Counted from the stretch's first letter, positions 1-10,527 are shown. The stretch is DNA of 64,000 nucleotides from an uncultured Bacteroidia bacterium (GCA_943789165.1 CALSTB010000001.1:209113-273112), one strand, 5' to 3'. Numbers and translations: made by a program. Notes: generated by a model from the letters alone, not told the origin.

Positions 1-152
1 TTATAATCGGCGGCTGCTTCGGCGACTTCTGCCTCCCATTCTACGTCTCCGCCTTCGGTGTAAGAATCGACGCTTTCAGATTTGTTGCCATTGTCACAGG
101 CGAATAACATAAAAAGACATGCCGTAAGGAATAGTATGTTTTGTGCTTTCAT
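1..152 (-). CDS. small putative lipoprotein; 3' end runs off the window start
   Basis: ATG at 152-150 on the minus strand. Translation MKAQNILFLTACLFMLFACDNGNKSE has a signal peptide with lipobox Cys. Below the ORF-track size cutoff. Confidence 0.3.
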   Translation of the reverse strand, partial: MKAQNILFLTACLFMLFACDNGNKSESVDSYTEGGDVEWEAEVAEAAADY

Positions 153-209
153 GTGTGTCTATATCAGTTTTAGTGAATTGGTAAATAAAACCGCGTAGAT
201 AGTCATTGT

Positions 210-800
210 CTACCTACTAAGTCTAAACGGTTTTGGTTTCTCATTGTTGCTTGCATTCTCCGCAATATCGGTAATTCTCTTTATTCTTGTTTCGCTTCGT
301 TTGGCCGATATCACCCAATATAGCAACGACTTTTGGGTTGATTTACTAAAGCCTTGATAGTTCTCCATGGCATTGGGGTACTTGAGTAATTCATTTTCCA
401 AATCCTGAGGAACAATGAGGGCTTCAACTGAATCTAACATCGTCCAAGAACCATTTTGTTTGGCAATTTCAATGGTTTTAAGCCCAGCTTCGGTCATTAA
501 GCCTTCGGCTTGTAGCACCTCAATTTTATCTTTATTGATTTTCGACCATGTGCTATTTGGTTTCCTCTTACAGAAATATTGTTTGTATCGATCTTTATCT
601 ACAGACTGTTTAACACTGTCTATCCAACCAAAACACAACGCTTCATCTACCGATTCGCTCCAATCCAAATTGGGTGTTTTAGAAGATTTCTTATACACGA
701 TTAGCCAAACTCCATCCTCGGTGTGATGATTTTGTTCTAACCAATTTCTCCAATCTTGTTTGGTTGCAGGGCAAAAACTTTTGGCATCTAGTTTACTCAA
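210..800 (-). CDS. YdeI/OmpD-associated family protein (DUF1801-like)
   Basis: 196-aa ORF. The N-terminal WRNWLEQNH..GVWL..KK and C-terminal ..YWVISAKRSETRIKRI pattern is typical of the YdeI/OmdA family. Confidence 0.7.
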   Translation of the reverse strand: MSKLDAKSFCPATKQDWRNWLEQNHHTEDGVWLIVYKKSSKTPNLDWSESVDEALCFGWIDSVKQSVDKDRYKQYFCKRKPNSTWSKINKDKIEVLQAEGLMTEAGLKTIEIAKQNGSWTMLDSVEALIVPQDLENELLKYPNAMENYQGFSKSTQKSLLYWVISAKRSETRIKRITDIAENASNNEKPKPFRLSR

Positions 801-935
801 TTTGAACTGTTTGTATTATTGATGGTCGAAAGGATTGAAGGTCTGAATACAACATTCATTTGCATGCTCATATCTATGTATCAATCTTAGCCGCTAATGC
901 CTTTATCCTCCCGTCATTTTTTACTTTTAACTACA

Positions 936-1799
936 TCAGTACACCATCATCCGATTCCAACACAGTTCATCAGCACTAATTTTTTGGGTAATGATACCTG
1001 TTTCATACAATGTATTTACCACATTGTGTAACATCTTTTTCGAGATGAAGACATCCTGCTCCCACTCCGTTTTATTGAACCAAGTCGTAGCATCTAGTAA
1101 ACTCAATCCATAGTTATCAGCAATGATTTGCTCAGCGTTGTGGTCATTCATAAAATGGCGACTAATCTTCCTGATAATCCACAATAGATTCCAGACCATG
1201 TTGGGGTGCTTCACCAATAGTTCTTGTCGAGCTGCAATCATGAAACAAGGCCAAGGTGTTACCGTGTCCCCGATGTGTTTTAACTGTTTGGCATCTACCA
1301 ATGGTTTGGTCGTAAATTTCTCCCACAGCAAAATGTCTGCTTCACCATTGTTAAGTGCTTTTACAGCCCCGTCAATGTTACCGACCTCCACAAATTGATG
1401 TTCTTTTAAAGTAATGCCTCTATTCTTGGCTTCAACACTTGCCATCAAGTGCGAACCACTGCCTGGCCGACTAATCGCAAACTTCACATCTGTAAAACTA
1501 CTTTCTGAATTGATTGCCGAATTAGCTCCAGTGTGAATCCCCCAGATGAGCGGTGATTTGATATACTTTTGGACAATCATGGAAGGATTACCGTTTATAA
1601 TATCGGTAATAATGCCTTCCGTCAATACAACTGCGATGTCAAGCTCCCCACTACGCAGTTTGGCATTCATTTCTCCAGTTCCTCCAGCGATATCCTCCCA
1701 TTCTACATCCAAGCCGATGTTAGAAAAACTACCATTTTGAATAGCCAGTTTCCAAGGGTAATTAAAATGTTCGGGTACGCCTCCAATCTTGATCTTCAC
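936..1799 (-). CDS. periplasmic-binding-protein-fold protein (NMT1/THI5-like substrate-binding family)
   Basis: 287-aa ORF. The IGGVPEHFNYPW start and overall pattern resemble NMT1-like SBP-fold proteins. The exact function is not recognisable. Confidence 0.45.
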   Translation of the reverse strand: MKIKIGGVPEHFNYPWKLAIQNGSFSNIGLDVEWEDIAGGTGEMNAKLRSGELDIAVVLTEGIITDIINGNPSMIVQKYIKSPLIWGIHTGANSAINSESSFTDVKFAISRPGSGSHLMASVEAKNRGITLKEHQFVEVGNIDGAVKALNNGEADILLWEKFTTKPLVDAKQLKHIGDTVTPWPCFMIAARQELLVKHPNMVWNLLWIIRKISRHFMNDHNAEQIIADNYGLSLLDATTWFNKTEWEQDVFISKKMLHNVVNTLYETGIITQKISADELCWNRMMVY

Positions 1800-1887
1800 G
1801 GTGATTCTTTTAGCTGCAAGTTAAATAATTTGGTCCATAAATTTTTAGTTGCGAAAATCTATCATACGCTTAACTTTGAAAAAAATC

Positions 1888-2598
1888 ATGACTATGTACG
1901 AGCCTAATGAAATCTTAGATCATCAAGTGGTAGCACAAGATGAAGCACACGAAAGGGTAGAGTTTTACAGAAGAACATACGGCCATGTAGCCGGTGCCTT
2001 TTTGGTATTTTTAATTCTTGAATACATTTTTTTATCAACGCCAGCCATAGTCAAAATTGGCTTAAGCATGTTGTCAGGATATACCTGGCTCATTGTTTTG
2101 GGCTTGTTTATGTTAGTGACCACACAAGCTGAAAAGGTTGTCGCACGAACTCAAGACGTCCGTAAACAATACGCAGGTTACTTATTATACATCGCCGCAC
2201 AAGCATTCATTTTTGTTCCATTGTTATACCTTGCATTAATCCAACTTGGTCCAAACGTTCTCGGACAAGCCATGTTGTTGACAATAGGATTATTTGTAGG
2301 TCTGAGTATGGTTGTGTTCATCACTAAAAAAGACTTCTCATTCATGCGTAGCATCATCGTTATTGCTAGTGTGATTGCCTTGGGATTGATTGTCGCTGGA
2401 ATGATTTTCGGCTTCGACCTTGGACTATGGTTTAGCGCCGCAATGGTGTTGTTAGCAGGTGGTGCCATTCTTTATCAAACGTCGAACATGATTCACGTAT
2501 ATTCCAAAGACCAATACGTTTTGGCGTCTCTTGGTTTATTCGCCTCATTCATGTTACTGTTGTGGTACATCATTCGCATTTTTATGAGTAGGGATTAA
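1888..2598 (+). CDS. Bax inhibitor-1/YccA family membrane protein
   Basis: Seven hydrophobic segments and BI-1-like N-terminal region (FYRRTYGHVAGAF..). The ATG at 1888 is preferred over the track's upstream non-ATG start. Confidence 0.75.
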   Translation: MTMYEPNEILDHQVVAQDEAHERVEFYRRTYGHVAGAFLVFLILEYIFLSTPAIVKIGLSMLSGYTWLIVLGLFMLVTTQAEKVVARTQDVRKQYAGYLLYIAAQAFIFVPLLYLALIQLGPNVLGQAMLLTIGLFVGLSMVVFITKKDFSFMRSIIVIASVIALGLIVAGMIFGFDLGLWFSAAMVLLAGGAILYQTSNMIHVYSKDQYVLASLGLFASFMLLLWYIIRIFMSRD

Positions 2599-2608
2599 TG
2601 TCTAGGCA

Positions 2609-2824
2609 TTAGCCACTAGGATTTAGGGGTTGATGTAGAGAGTAGAAAATTGAGCAGAGACGGCCTACGTTGAAGTTGAAGCTGAAGTTGAAGGCTTTAG
2701 GAGTTAGCCACTAGGATTTAGGGGTTAAGAGTTGATCTAGAGAGTAGAAAATAGAGCAGAGACGATCTATGTTGAAGTTGAAGATGCTGTGGGCTTTAGG
2801 AGTTAGCCACGAGGGTTTAGGGTT
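2609..2824. repeat. ~95-bp intergenic tandem repeat, about 2.2 units, containing gttgaag microrepeats
   Basis: The unit ttagccactaggatttaggggtt...gttgaagttgaag...ggctttaggag recurs at 2609 and 2704, with a partial copy at 2803. Confidence 0.85.
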
Positions 2825-2903
2825 AATGTTTTTTGTGGAGTTATCAAATTCAATCCTCCTTCCTTGTCTCGTCCTAAAATAGGTTGACACATTTTAAGCA
2901 AAA

Positions 2904-3281
2904 ATGAACAACAAAACAGGTTTAAGAAAACGTTTCACAAAGGAATTTCGACATTTAGTAGTGAAGGAGTATTTAAAGGGTGGAATTACCCAAGTAGCTT
3001 TATTAAAAAAGTATCAGATTAAGAATGTTTCTGCAATTAGTAAATGGCGTCGAGAATTTGGTTACAGTGACGAAGTAATTAACTTTACAGATGACACTTT
3101 TTATCAAATGAGTAAAAAATCTCAGGAAAACTTTGATTCAGCGGATCTCCATGAGGATAATTCATCACTGGAGAAAGAAAATGAAGACTTGCGATTACAA
3201 TTGGAGTATTACAAACGAGTAATTCGGCAGGCAGAAGAACGTTTTAAAATTCGAATTGAAAAAAAGTCAGGCACCAAGTAA
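2904..3281 (+). CDS. IS3-family transposase OrfA (HTH plus leucine zipper)
   Basis: 125 aa with an HTH N-terminus and a coiled-coil C-terminus (LEKENEDLRLQLEYYK). Confidence 0.85.
   Translation: MNNKTGLRKRFTKEFRHLVVKEYLKGGITQVALLKKYQIKNVSAISKWRREFGYSDEVINFTDDTFYQMSKKSQENFDSADLHEDNSSLEKENEDLRLQLEYYKRVIRQAEERFKIRIEKKSGTK
3259..3266 (+). promoter_or_regulatory. programmed -1 ribosomal frameshift site (A AAA AAG) giving the OrfAB fusion
   Basis: The sequence is gaaaaaaag near the orfA end. The -1 frame is open from here (..KKVRHQVIEDMNRELS) straight into orfB. Confidence 0.7.
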
Positions 3282-3289
3282 TAGAAGAT

Positions 3290-4186
3290 ATGAACCGAGA
3301 GTTATCGGTTCCACTTGTCAAACTGTGCAGATTACTTGGTGTAAGTAGGCAATCCTACTACCAGCACAAACAACATCAAAATTGGATGAGCATTGAACAT
3401 GCTATGATTGTCGACCAGGTGAAGATTATACGAGAATCTCACCGTTACATGGGCACACGAAAGTTGTATGAGGTTTTACAGCCTTTTTTGATGGAGCATC
3501 AGATAAAGATAGGGAGAGATGGCCTATTTGATATGTTATCTACAAACAAGCTATTAGTACGTCGAAGAAAGCGAAAAGCTGTAACTACCAACTCATACCA
3601 CAGATACCACAAATGGCCCAATATAGCTCAGTTTATAAAGCCTAGTAGAATCAACGAGCTCTGGGTAAGTGATATTACCTATTGGAAATTAGGGGAGAAT
3701 TTTTGTTACATCAGCTTGATAACAGACGCATTTTCACATAAGATAGTAGGTTATCATCTAGCTAAAAACTTGAAAGTTGTACAATCCATAAAAGCTTTAA
3801 AAATGGCTTTAAATACTTTGAAACCAGAAGAAAGATTAACGTTAACTCATCACTCAGATAGAGGGATACAATATTGTTCTGATGCCTACGTCTATATGCT
3901 GCAAAACCGTGGTATACAGATTAGTATGACCGAAAATGGAGATCCAAGAGAAAACGCCATAGCTGAGCGAATCAATGGAATAATTAAGAGTGAATATCTT
4001 CTGAACATGAATCCCAAAACAATACTACAAGCCTTTGATTTATTAGACAATGCTATCAGACTTTACAATCAAGAAAGACCGCATATGAGCATTGGTATGT
4101 TAACCCCAAATAGGGTACATCAAACTATTGGAATCAAACCAGTAAAACTATGGAAGAACTATTATGACAATACTTATAAAAAGTAA
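3290..4186 (+). CDS. IS3-family transposase OrfB (rve/DDE integrase core)
   Basis: Motifs WVSDITYW, HHSDRGIQY and ENAIAERINGIIKSE form a DDE triad pattern. Confidence 0.9.
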   Translation: MNRELSVPLVKLCRLLGVSRQSYYQHKQHQNWMSIEHAMIVDQVKIIRESHRYMGTRKLYEVLQPFLMEHQIKIGRDGLFDMLSTNKLLVRRRKRKAVTTNSYHRYHKWPNIAQFIKPSRINELWVSDITYWKLGENFCYISLITDAFSHKIVGYHLAKNLKVVQSIKALKMALNTLKPEERLTLTHHSDRGIQYCSDAYVYMLQNRGIQISMTENGDPRENAIAERINGIIKSEYLLNMNPKTILQAFDLLDNAIRLYNQERPHMSIGMLTPNRVHQTIGIKPVKLWKNYYDNTYKK

Positions 4187-4270
4187 ACCTATTTTAGTAC
4201 TAAGAATTAACTGTAATTCTATATCAGGATTTAACTATTAACCTGTCAACTTATTTTAGGACGATACACC

Positions 4271-4314
4271 TTCAGACATTCAGACATTCAGACATTCAGA
4301 CCTTCAGACATTCA
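4271..4314. repeat. 8-nt microsatellite (ttcagaca) x5
   Basis: Directly visible immediately right of the IS3 right end. Confidence 0.9.
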
Positions 4315-4333
4315 ATAATTCTATAATTCAAAA

Positions 4334-7312
4334 CTACCCCACCACCAACTTAATCACTACCGCAGTTCCATTCTCCAAATCTTGAATGTCGAGGCTATTG
4401 CCAGTATGCCCTTTGTTTAACATTTTCAGACGATCGGTGATGACTTGAATCGCCGCTGATTCGTGGCTTTTGCTTTTGCCTTTGGCCTTTTCGATTGCCG
4501 CTTCTCTACCAATACCGTTGTCCATGATTGTACAAATGAGCAGTTGCTGGTCTAATTCAAATGTCACGTTCAATTGTCCTTTATTCCCCAATTCAGGTAA
4601 TCCGTGTTTAATGGCGTTTTCAACAAACGGCTGCAGCATCATTGGCGGAATGTAAATATTGTCGGGGTTGATTTCATCAGACGTTGTAATGGAGAAACTA
4701 AATGGTGCTTTCATACTAAACTGTTCCAGCTCAACATAATTACTCAGGGTGGTGATTTCATCTGACAGTGGAATTGAGTCAACTCTAGAATTCTGAAGCG
4801 TCAACCGCATTAGCTTGGCGAATTTTTGTAAGTATTTCCTGGCTTCTTGGTGTTTCTCTAGGGCAACTAACGATTGAATAGAGTTCAAAGCGTTGAACAA
4901 AAAGTGTGGATTCATCTGCAAACGCAAAGCCTTTTGTTCCAACTCAATCAATTCTTTTTCAACCTCCAATTTGTCTCTTTCCCTCTTGCCTCTTGCCTTA
5001 ATTCGTTGTACGTATATCCAAACAAACAACCCAATCAGCAATATGAGTATTGTCCATTTGAGTAATCTAAACCACCATGTTTTCCAAAAAGGAAGTAAGA
5101 CTTCAAACGGCCATTCGGCCACCTCACTTTCAATTCCATCTGACGAAATAGACTTGTACTTTAACGTGTATTTGCCTGAAGGTAAATTAGAATATACAGC
5201 GTCTTTCTTCTGGGTTGGTTTCCGCCATTCTCCGTCAAATCCTTCCAACTTCCACTGATATTTTAGCTTGGTTGGGTTGTTTAAATCAATTCCGGTAAAA
5301 CTGAAGGTGAGGTGGTTTTGATCGTGCGGAAATATCGGAGACGTCAACAAATTGTTCCATGACGTCGGTTGATAATTAAAGCGATTTGCTTCAAGTTTTT
5401 CATAAAACAAATCAATGTTGTCAAGCCAAACACGAGGCTTCGTTTCATTGGTTTGAATGTTATTGGGATTATACTGCGTAAGTCCGTTGATGGTGCCAAA
5501 CCACATATTGCCTTCATCATCACACAAACTTGCGTTTTGACAAGTCTCAATCCCACTAAATCCATCAGCTGCGCCAAAGTACTCTACCTCAATCACATCA
5601 CCGGTTTCGTTTAAGGTCAGTTTTTCTAATCCTCGTTCATGTCCTAAATACACATGACTCAATTTGTCGAATTCCAACAAATACAAGTTATTCGATTTTA
5701 ATCCCTCCTCGACTGGCTGCGACAATTGTTTGGTGGAACGGTCATACCGATACAAACCGCCAGAAGTGGCTATCCAAATACCGTTTTTATTGCTGCGAAT
5801 GGCTCTGATGTTCTGATAGTTTAACTGACTTTCAGACAACACCATTTCTACTTTTCCATTCGAAATGACCCCAATGCCTTTACTCTCCGTTCCGAACCAT
5901 ATCGCTCCTGATTTATCTGCATGTAACGCATGGATTCTGTTGGACGGCAACTCCGTCAGGTACCGATAATTCTTAATATTGTATCCTCCTTTAACACGGG
6001 TAAGATGTGATATGCCACCATCTAAACTAGCGACCCATACATCAGTCTTACGTGTGCAAATAATGTCTTTGATGTAGTTCCCGCACAAACCGTTTTTGAC
6101 CGTCAACCAAGTAAAAATACTGTCTTGGTAATACGCCAATCCCTCACCTTCAGTTCCAAACCAAACCGTCCCGTCGATCGAAGCCCCAATGGCTTTTACT
6201 TTGATATCCGCAAAACCTGAGTCTTGGCCATAAACCGTATACCTCCCTGAATCAATTTTCACCACGCCTTTACGACCGGTCCCAGCCCAAATAGCGCCTT
6301 TTGTGTCTTGGTGAACAGCATAGGTATAGTTTTCTGGAAGTCCTTCTTTGGTTGTTAGATGATTAAACTGTTGTCCTGCAAATTGATTCAAACCTCCACC
6401 TGAGGTGCCCAACCATACATTGCCCCAATAATCTAATGCCAACGACCGCACATGGTTGTTGGTTAAACCATTTGTAATACCGTATCGAATGATTTTTTGG
6501 TCGCCAATGTCAACCACATACACACCATTGTCTTGGGTGGCAATCCACAATTGGTTGTCGACGTTCATTAAGTCGTAACAGATGGTATTATAGGGCAATG
6601 GAAGCACCTTTGTGGTCAAATCATCACCATTATAATACCGGATGCCTTTGCCATAGGTACCAATCCATACGCCGTTGCTATCGGCCAACAAACATTGCAC
6701 ATAATTGTCAGGCAAACCGTCTGTCTTACTGATAAACCGTACTGTTTTGTTGTTGCGTTTATTTAGTAAATACAATCCTCGATTGGTGCCCATATAGATG
6801 TGTTGACCAAAACTGGTTAATGCGGTCACATAGAAATTTTCATTCGTATCTTGATTGGCTATTTTCTGTAGACTTTCATTTTGCCTTATGTATAAACCGT
6901 TCGATGTACCGATGAACAAGGTGGAGTCCTTTTCGTATAATGAAAAAACGCGAACATCTCCGTCTTTCGACAATGGATAATTGCTAAAACTTAGTCCGTT
7001 GTACCGACTTAAACCTGATTGCGTCCCCGCCCAAATGTCTCCCTCAGCGTCTTCATACAAGCAGTTCACAAAGTTGTTTATTAAGCCGTCTTTGGTGTTG
7101 TACGAAACAAATTGATTCCCATCGAACCTGGCAATTCCACCTCCACGAGTGCCGACCCAAATAAAGCCGCGACTATCACTAAGTACATCAAACACTTGTG
7201 ATTGAGGTAGACCCTCCTCCAAGCCAAAATGTCTAAAATAGTTTTGCTGTGCTTGTACTTCGATGCACATCGACAAGACTACAAACAGACCAATAATCGC
7301 TCGTTTTAACAT
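4334..7312 (-). CDS. two-component-regulator-propeller sensor histidine kinase (LytS/His_kinase type)
   Basis: 992 aa. It has a signal or TM segment, many beta-propeller repeats (G..GL..Y), a Y_Y_Y-like region, a TM segment, a LQMNPHFLFNALNS H-box and an HATPase C-terminus. Confidence 0.85.
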   Translation of the reverse strand: MLKRAIIGLFVVLSMCIEVQAQQNYFRHFGLEEGLPQSQVFDVLSDSRGFIWVGTRGGGIARFDGNQFVSYNTKDGLINNFVNCLYEDAEGDIWAGTQSGLSRYNGLSFSNYPLSKDGDVRVFSLYEKDSTLFIGTSNGLYIRQNESLQKIANQDTNENFYVTALTSFGQHIYMGTNRGLYLLNKRNNKTVRFISKTDGLPDNYVQCLLADSNGVWIGTYGKGIRYYNGDDLTTKVLPLPYNTICYDLMNVDNQLWIATQDNGVYVVDIGDQKIIRYGITNGLTNNHVRSLALDYWGNVWLGTSGGGLNQFAGQQFNHLTTKEGLPENYTYAVHQDTKGAIWAGTGRKGVVKIDSGRYTVYGQDSGFADIKVKAIGASIDGTVWFGTEGEGLAYYQDSIFTWLTVKNGLCGNYIKDIICTRKTDVWVASLDGGISHLTRVKGGYNIKNYRYLTELPSNRIHALHADKSGAIWFGTESKGIGVISNGKVEMVLSESQLNYQNIRAIRSNKNGIWIATSGGLYRYDRSTKQLSQPVEEGLKSNNLYLLEFDKLSHVYLGHERGLEKLTLNETGDVIEVEYFGAADGFSGIETCQNASLCDDEGNMWFGTINGLTQYNPNNIQTNETKPRVWLDNIDLFYEKLEANRFNYQPTSWNNLLTSPIFPHDQNHLTFSFTGIDLNNPTKLKYQWKLEGFDGEWRKPTQKKDAVYSNLPSGKYTLKYKSISSDGIESEVAEWPFEVLLPFWKTWWFRLLKWTILILLIGLFVWIYVQRIKARGKRERDKLEVEKELIELEQKALRLQMNPHFLFNALNSIQSLVALEKHQEARKYLQKFAKLMRLTLQNSRVDSIPLSDEITTLSNYVELEQFSMKAPFSFSITTSDEINPDNIYIPPMMLQPFVENAIKHGLPELGNKGQLNVTFELDQQLLICTIMDNGIGREAAIEKAKGKSKSHESAAIQVITDRLKMLNKGHTGNSLDIQDLENGTAVVIKLVVG

Positions 7313-7414
7313 TTAATCAAAAATAGGCTACCCTTATGCTGTAACCAAAAGCAGATAATAGTTTCATCGGTGCAGATAATAAGTCTTGGCTCATATTTGA
7401 ACTTAGATATAGAA

Positions 7415-9676
7415 ATGTTAGCGTTAAGACGAATACCTAAAATTAAAAAATGGCTCAAACGACTGCTCGTTGTATTGGGCTTCTATTTTGTTGTTTGTTT
7501 GCCCGAAACACTATTCGAAGAAAACTACAGCACTGTTTTAGAAGATGCCAATGGACAACTACTGATGGCACACATTGCTCCTGACGGACAATGGAGATTC
7601 CCTTTATCCGATAGCATTCCTACCAAATTTTCAACGGCATTGATTGAATTTGAAGACAGGCGATTCCAGAATCATCATGGCGTGAGCTTGTTGGCACTTG
7701 GACGAGCCACTATACAGAACATCCGGTCAAAAAGACTGGTCAGCGGCGGAAGTACCTTATCTATGCAAGTGATTCGCATGAGTCGAAAACGAACAGGGCG
7801 GAGCCTCACTGATAAGCTCAAAGAAATGGTGATGGCACTTCGACTAGAAACCAAGTACAGCAAAGAAGAGATCATGACTTTACACGCAAGTCACGCACCA
7901 TTTGGTGGTAACGTGGTTGGTTTAGAGGCGGCAAGTTGGCGGTATTTCGGACACAATGCGCACACCCTTTCTTGGGCTGAATCAGCAACGTTGGCGGTAT
8001 TGCCAAATGCACCGTCTTTGATGCATTTATCAAAAAACAGAAAAGCTTTACAGGATAAACGAAATAGATTATTGAAACGATTGTTTGACGATAAAAAATT
8101 AACGGAATTGGAATACCACACAGCCATTGCTGAACCGTTACCTGAAAAACCAAAACGATTGCCCCAGTTAACACCTCATTATATGGCATATTTCAGCGCC
8201 CAAGGTTTGACAGGCAGTAGAATCAAAACCAGTATTCAGTCTAGAATTCAATCTGGTACTAATACCATAGTCGATCGTCATTACCAGCGTAACGTAACAA
8301 AAGGAATTGCCAACATGGCTGTAGTTGTGTTGGATGTGCAAACAAAAAATGTGGTGGCATATGTGGGAAACACAAACTGCTCAGACGAGAATAAGGTGCA
8401 TGTAGACATCGCTCAGGCACCAAGAAGTACAGGTAGTATTTTAAAACCATTTTTATACGCCAAAGCAATGGAAAACGGGAAATTATCTCCTCAAACGTTG
8501 GTGGCCGACTATCCAACCAGAATCAACGGATATTCCCCACAAAACTATGAAGAGGCATACGACGGTATGGTGCCCGCTTCCCAAGCTTTGGCAAGATCTT
8601 TAAACATTCCAGCCGTCAGATTATTAAGCGATTATGGCGTTACGCAGTTTAAACAAAACCTACAGGAATTCGGACTAACCACGCTGTTTAGACCCGCTGA
8701 ACAATATGGCTTGTCTTTGATTCTAGGTGGTGCTGAAGCATCTTTATGGGACTTAAGTAGGGCGTATGCAGAGGTCTCTTCTTGTGCTCAGTCCACATCC
8801 GTAAATCCGTCTGTCTCTCCTGCAGTAGCCTACGAAGTATTGGAAGCTATGTCGTCGGTGAACCGGCCTGTGATTGAGCAGTATTGGTCGCGGTTTGATG
8901 GTAAACAAAAAATCGCATGGAAGACAGGAACAAGCTATGGTGCACGGGATGCTTGGGCCATAGGTGTGACTAAAAACCACGTGGTGGCAGTATGGGTTGG
9001 AAATGCTTCTGGAGAAGGCGTTCCTGGTATGACGGGAAGTAACACTGCTGCGCCTGTATTATTCGAGGTTTTTCAGCTACTTCCAAAATCCGAATGGTTT
9101 ACCAAACCTACACGTGATATGCAGTTTGTTAATCTATGCAAACAAAGTGGTCAGCGAATGGGGCAACACTGTGATGAAACCATTAAGGCTTATTTGCCAA
9201 ATGCCTGCATGCCATCACCTTCTTGTGTGTTTCATCAAAAAATACATGTTTCAAAAACCACGGGAGAACGCGTTTTTGCAGGCTGCGAATTGCCTGGAAA
9301 CACACAAACTAAATCATGGTTTGTGATACCAACAGCGGCAGAGAGTTATTATAAATCCAACCACCCAGAGTATGTGCCACTACCAAAGTTTAAAAAGGAC
9401 TGTGCTGAAAATACACAAGACCTAGACATCTTATATCCGTTACGAAACAGTGTGATCCACATACCTAAATTGTTATCTGGTGAAAAAGGAAAGGTAATCT
9501 TCGAGGCAGTTCATCGACGTGGTGATGCAGAGTTGTTTTGGTATTTGGATAAAACATTTTTAACTACGACTACTGACGTACATCAAGTCGAATTTCAGCC
9601 GAGCAAGGGCAAACACATGCTCACGGTAACGGACGAAAATGGGTTTGCTGTGGTGAGGAGTTTTGAAGTGGAATAA
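7415..9676 (+). CDS. pbpC: penicillin-binding protein 1C (bifunctional transglycosylase/transpeptidase)
   Basis: GT51 motifs (EDRRF, GGSTLSMQ), a transpeptidase STGSILKP motif and a PBP1C-type C-terminal domain. The ATG at 7415 precedes the TM anchor. Confidence 0.85.
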   Translation: MLALRRIPKIKKWLKRLLVVLGFYFVVCLPETLFEENYSTVLEDANGQLLMAHIAPDGQWRFPLSDSIPTKFSTALIEFEDRRFQNHHGVSLLALGRATIQNIRSKRLVSGGSTLSMQVIRMSRKRTGRSLTDKLKEMVMALRLETKYSKEEIMTLHASHAPFGGNVVGLEAASWRYFGHNAHTLSWAESATLAVLPNAPSLMHLSKNRKALQDKRNRLLKRLFDDKKLTELEYHTAIAEPLPEKPKRLPQLTPHYMAYFSAQGLTGSRIKTSIQSRIQSGTNTIVDRHYQRNVTKGIANMAVVVLDVQTKNVVAYVGNTNCSDENKVHVDIAQAPRSTGSILKPFLYAKAMENGKLSPQTLVADYPTRINGYSPQNYEEAYDGMVPASQALARSLNIPAVRLLSDYGVTQFKQNLQEFGLTTLFRPAEQYGLSLILGGAEASLWDLSRAYAEVSSCAQSTSVNPSVSPAVAYEVLEAMSSVNRPVIEQYWSRFDGKQKIAWKTGTSYGARDAWAIGVTKNHVVAVWVGNASGEGVPGMTGSNTAAPVLFEVFQLLPKSEWFTKPTRDMQFVNLCKQSGQRMGQHCDETIKAYLPNACMPSPSCVFHQKIHVSKTTGERVFAGCELPGNTQTKSWFVIPTAAESYYKSNHPEYVPLPKFKKDCAENTQDLDILYPLRNSVIHIPKLLSGEKGKVIFEAVHRRGDAELFWYLDKTFLTTTTDVHQVEFQPSKGKHMLTVTDENGFAVVRSFEVE

Positions 9677-9781
9677 GGAAAGTGTGATACATATCCTGTG
9701 TGTTTAATGTGCACAATTTCAAACTTATCCATAGTGTATTGCGTTGTTTGATAAACGTGTTTCAATCATGTATTATGCACT

Positions 9782-10464
9782 ATGATCAAAGGCAGAGGAA
9801 CTTCCATTAATTCAGAAAATCGTTTTGACAAGCACCAATATGTGGCTGATGAAGGAGAACGATTGGAAGACATTGGGGCGTCGAACACCAAAATCATCGA
9901 GATACAAGCCAAAAGCATTTTAAACCAAGTATTAAGTCCAGACATACCCATGCCTTGGAGTATGAATCCCTATCAAGGTTGTGAACATGGCTGTAGCTAT
10001 TGTTATGCCCGACCCACCCATGAATTTTGGGGATACAGCGGTGGTGTGGATTTTGAGAATGTCGTTTTAGTTAAAAAAGACGCGCCTCAATTACTTAAAC
10101 AGAAGTTTATGAGTCGCAGTTGGAAAGGGGAACCCATAATGATGAGTGGCAATACAGATTGTTACCAACCAGTCGAACGCAAACTCGAGATCACTCGAGG
10201 TTTGCTCAAAGTGTGCCAAACCCACAAAAACCCTGTTGGTATAATCACCAAAAACAGTCTGGTGACCAGAGATATTGACCTTTTAAGAGATATGGCCAAA
10301 GACCAGTTGGTGCAAGTCATATTTAGTATCACCACTTTAGACGACAGTTTGAGACGCATTCTTGAACCTCGGACAGCCTCAGTAAAAAGCAAATTAAACG
10401 CCGTTGAACGACTCACAGAAGCGGGTGTTCCTGTAGGCGTCATGATGGCTCCAATTATTCCGGC
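9782..10464 (+). pseudogene. PA0069-family radical SAM protein, 3'-truncated by an IS terminal fragment
   Basis: KGRGTSINSENRF start and a CxxxCxxC cluster (CEHGCSYCY). The reading frame runs into IS-end sequence at 10465, so the last ~20 residues of the track ORF are IS-encoded. Confidence 0.8.
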
Positions 10465-10527
10465 TGTACGTCTTCAGCGAAAGTTGAACTTTTTGGGTCA
10501 AAAGCTAAGAGAGAGTTCATGCTAATT
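10465..10527 (-). mobile_element. solo right-end (IRR) remnant of the IS3-family type 2 element
   Basis: 63 bp match the IRR end of the IS copies at 27170 and 50331 (tgtacgtcttcagcgaaagttgaac...gttcatgctaatt). It is closest to the 50331 copy. Confidence 0.9.

Larger units (their letters stand above)
2868..4265 (+). mobile_element. IS3-family insertion sequence (type 1)
   Basis: Imperfect terminal inverted repeats: cgtcctaaaataggttgaca (2870-2889) and its complement (4244-4263). They bracket an orfA/orfB pair with an A6G frameshift site. Confidence 0.85.
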
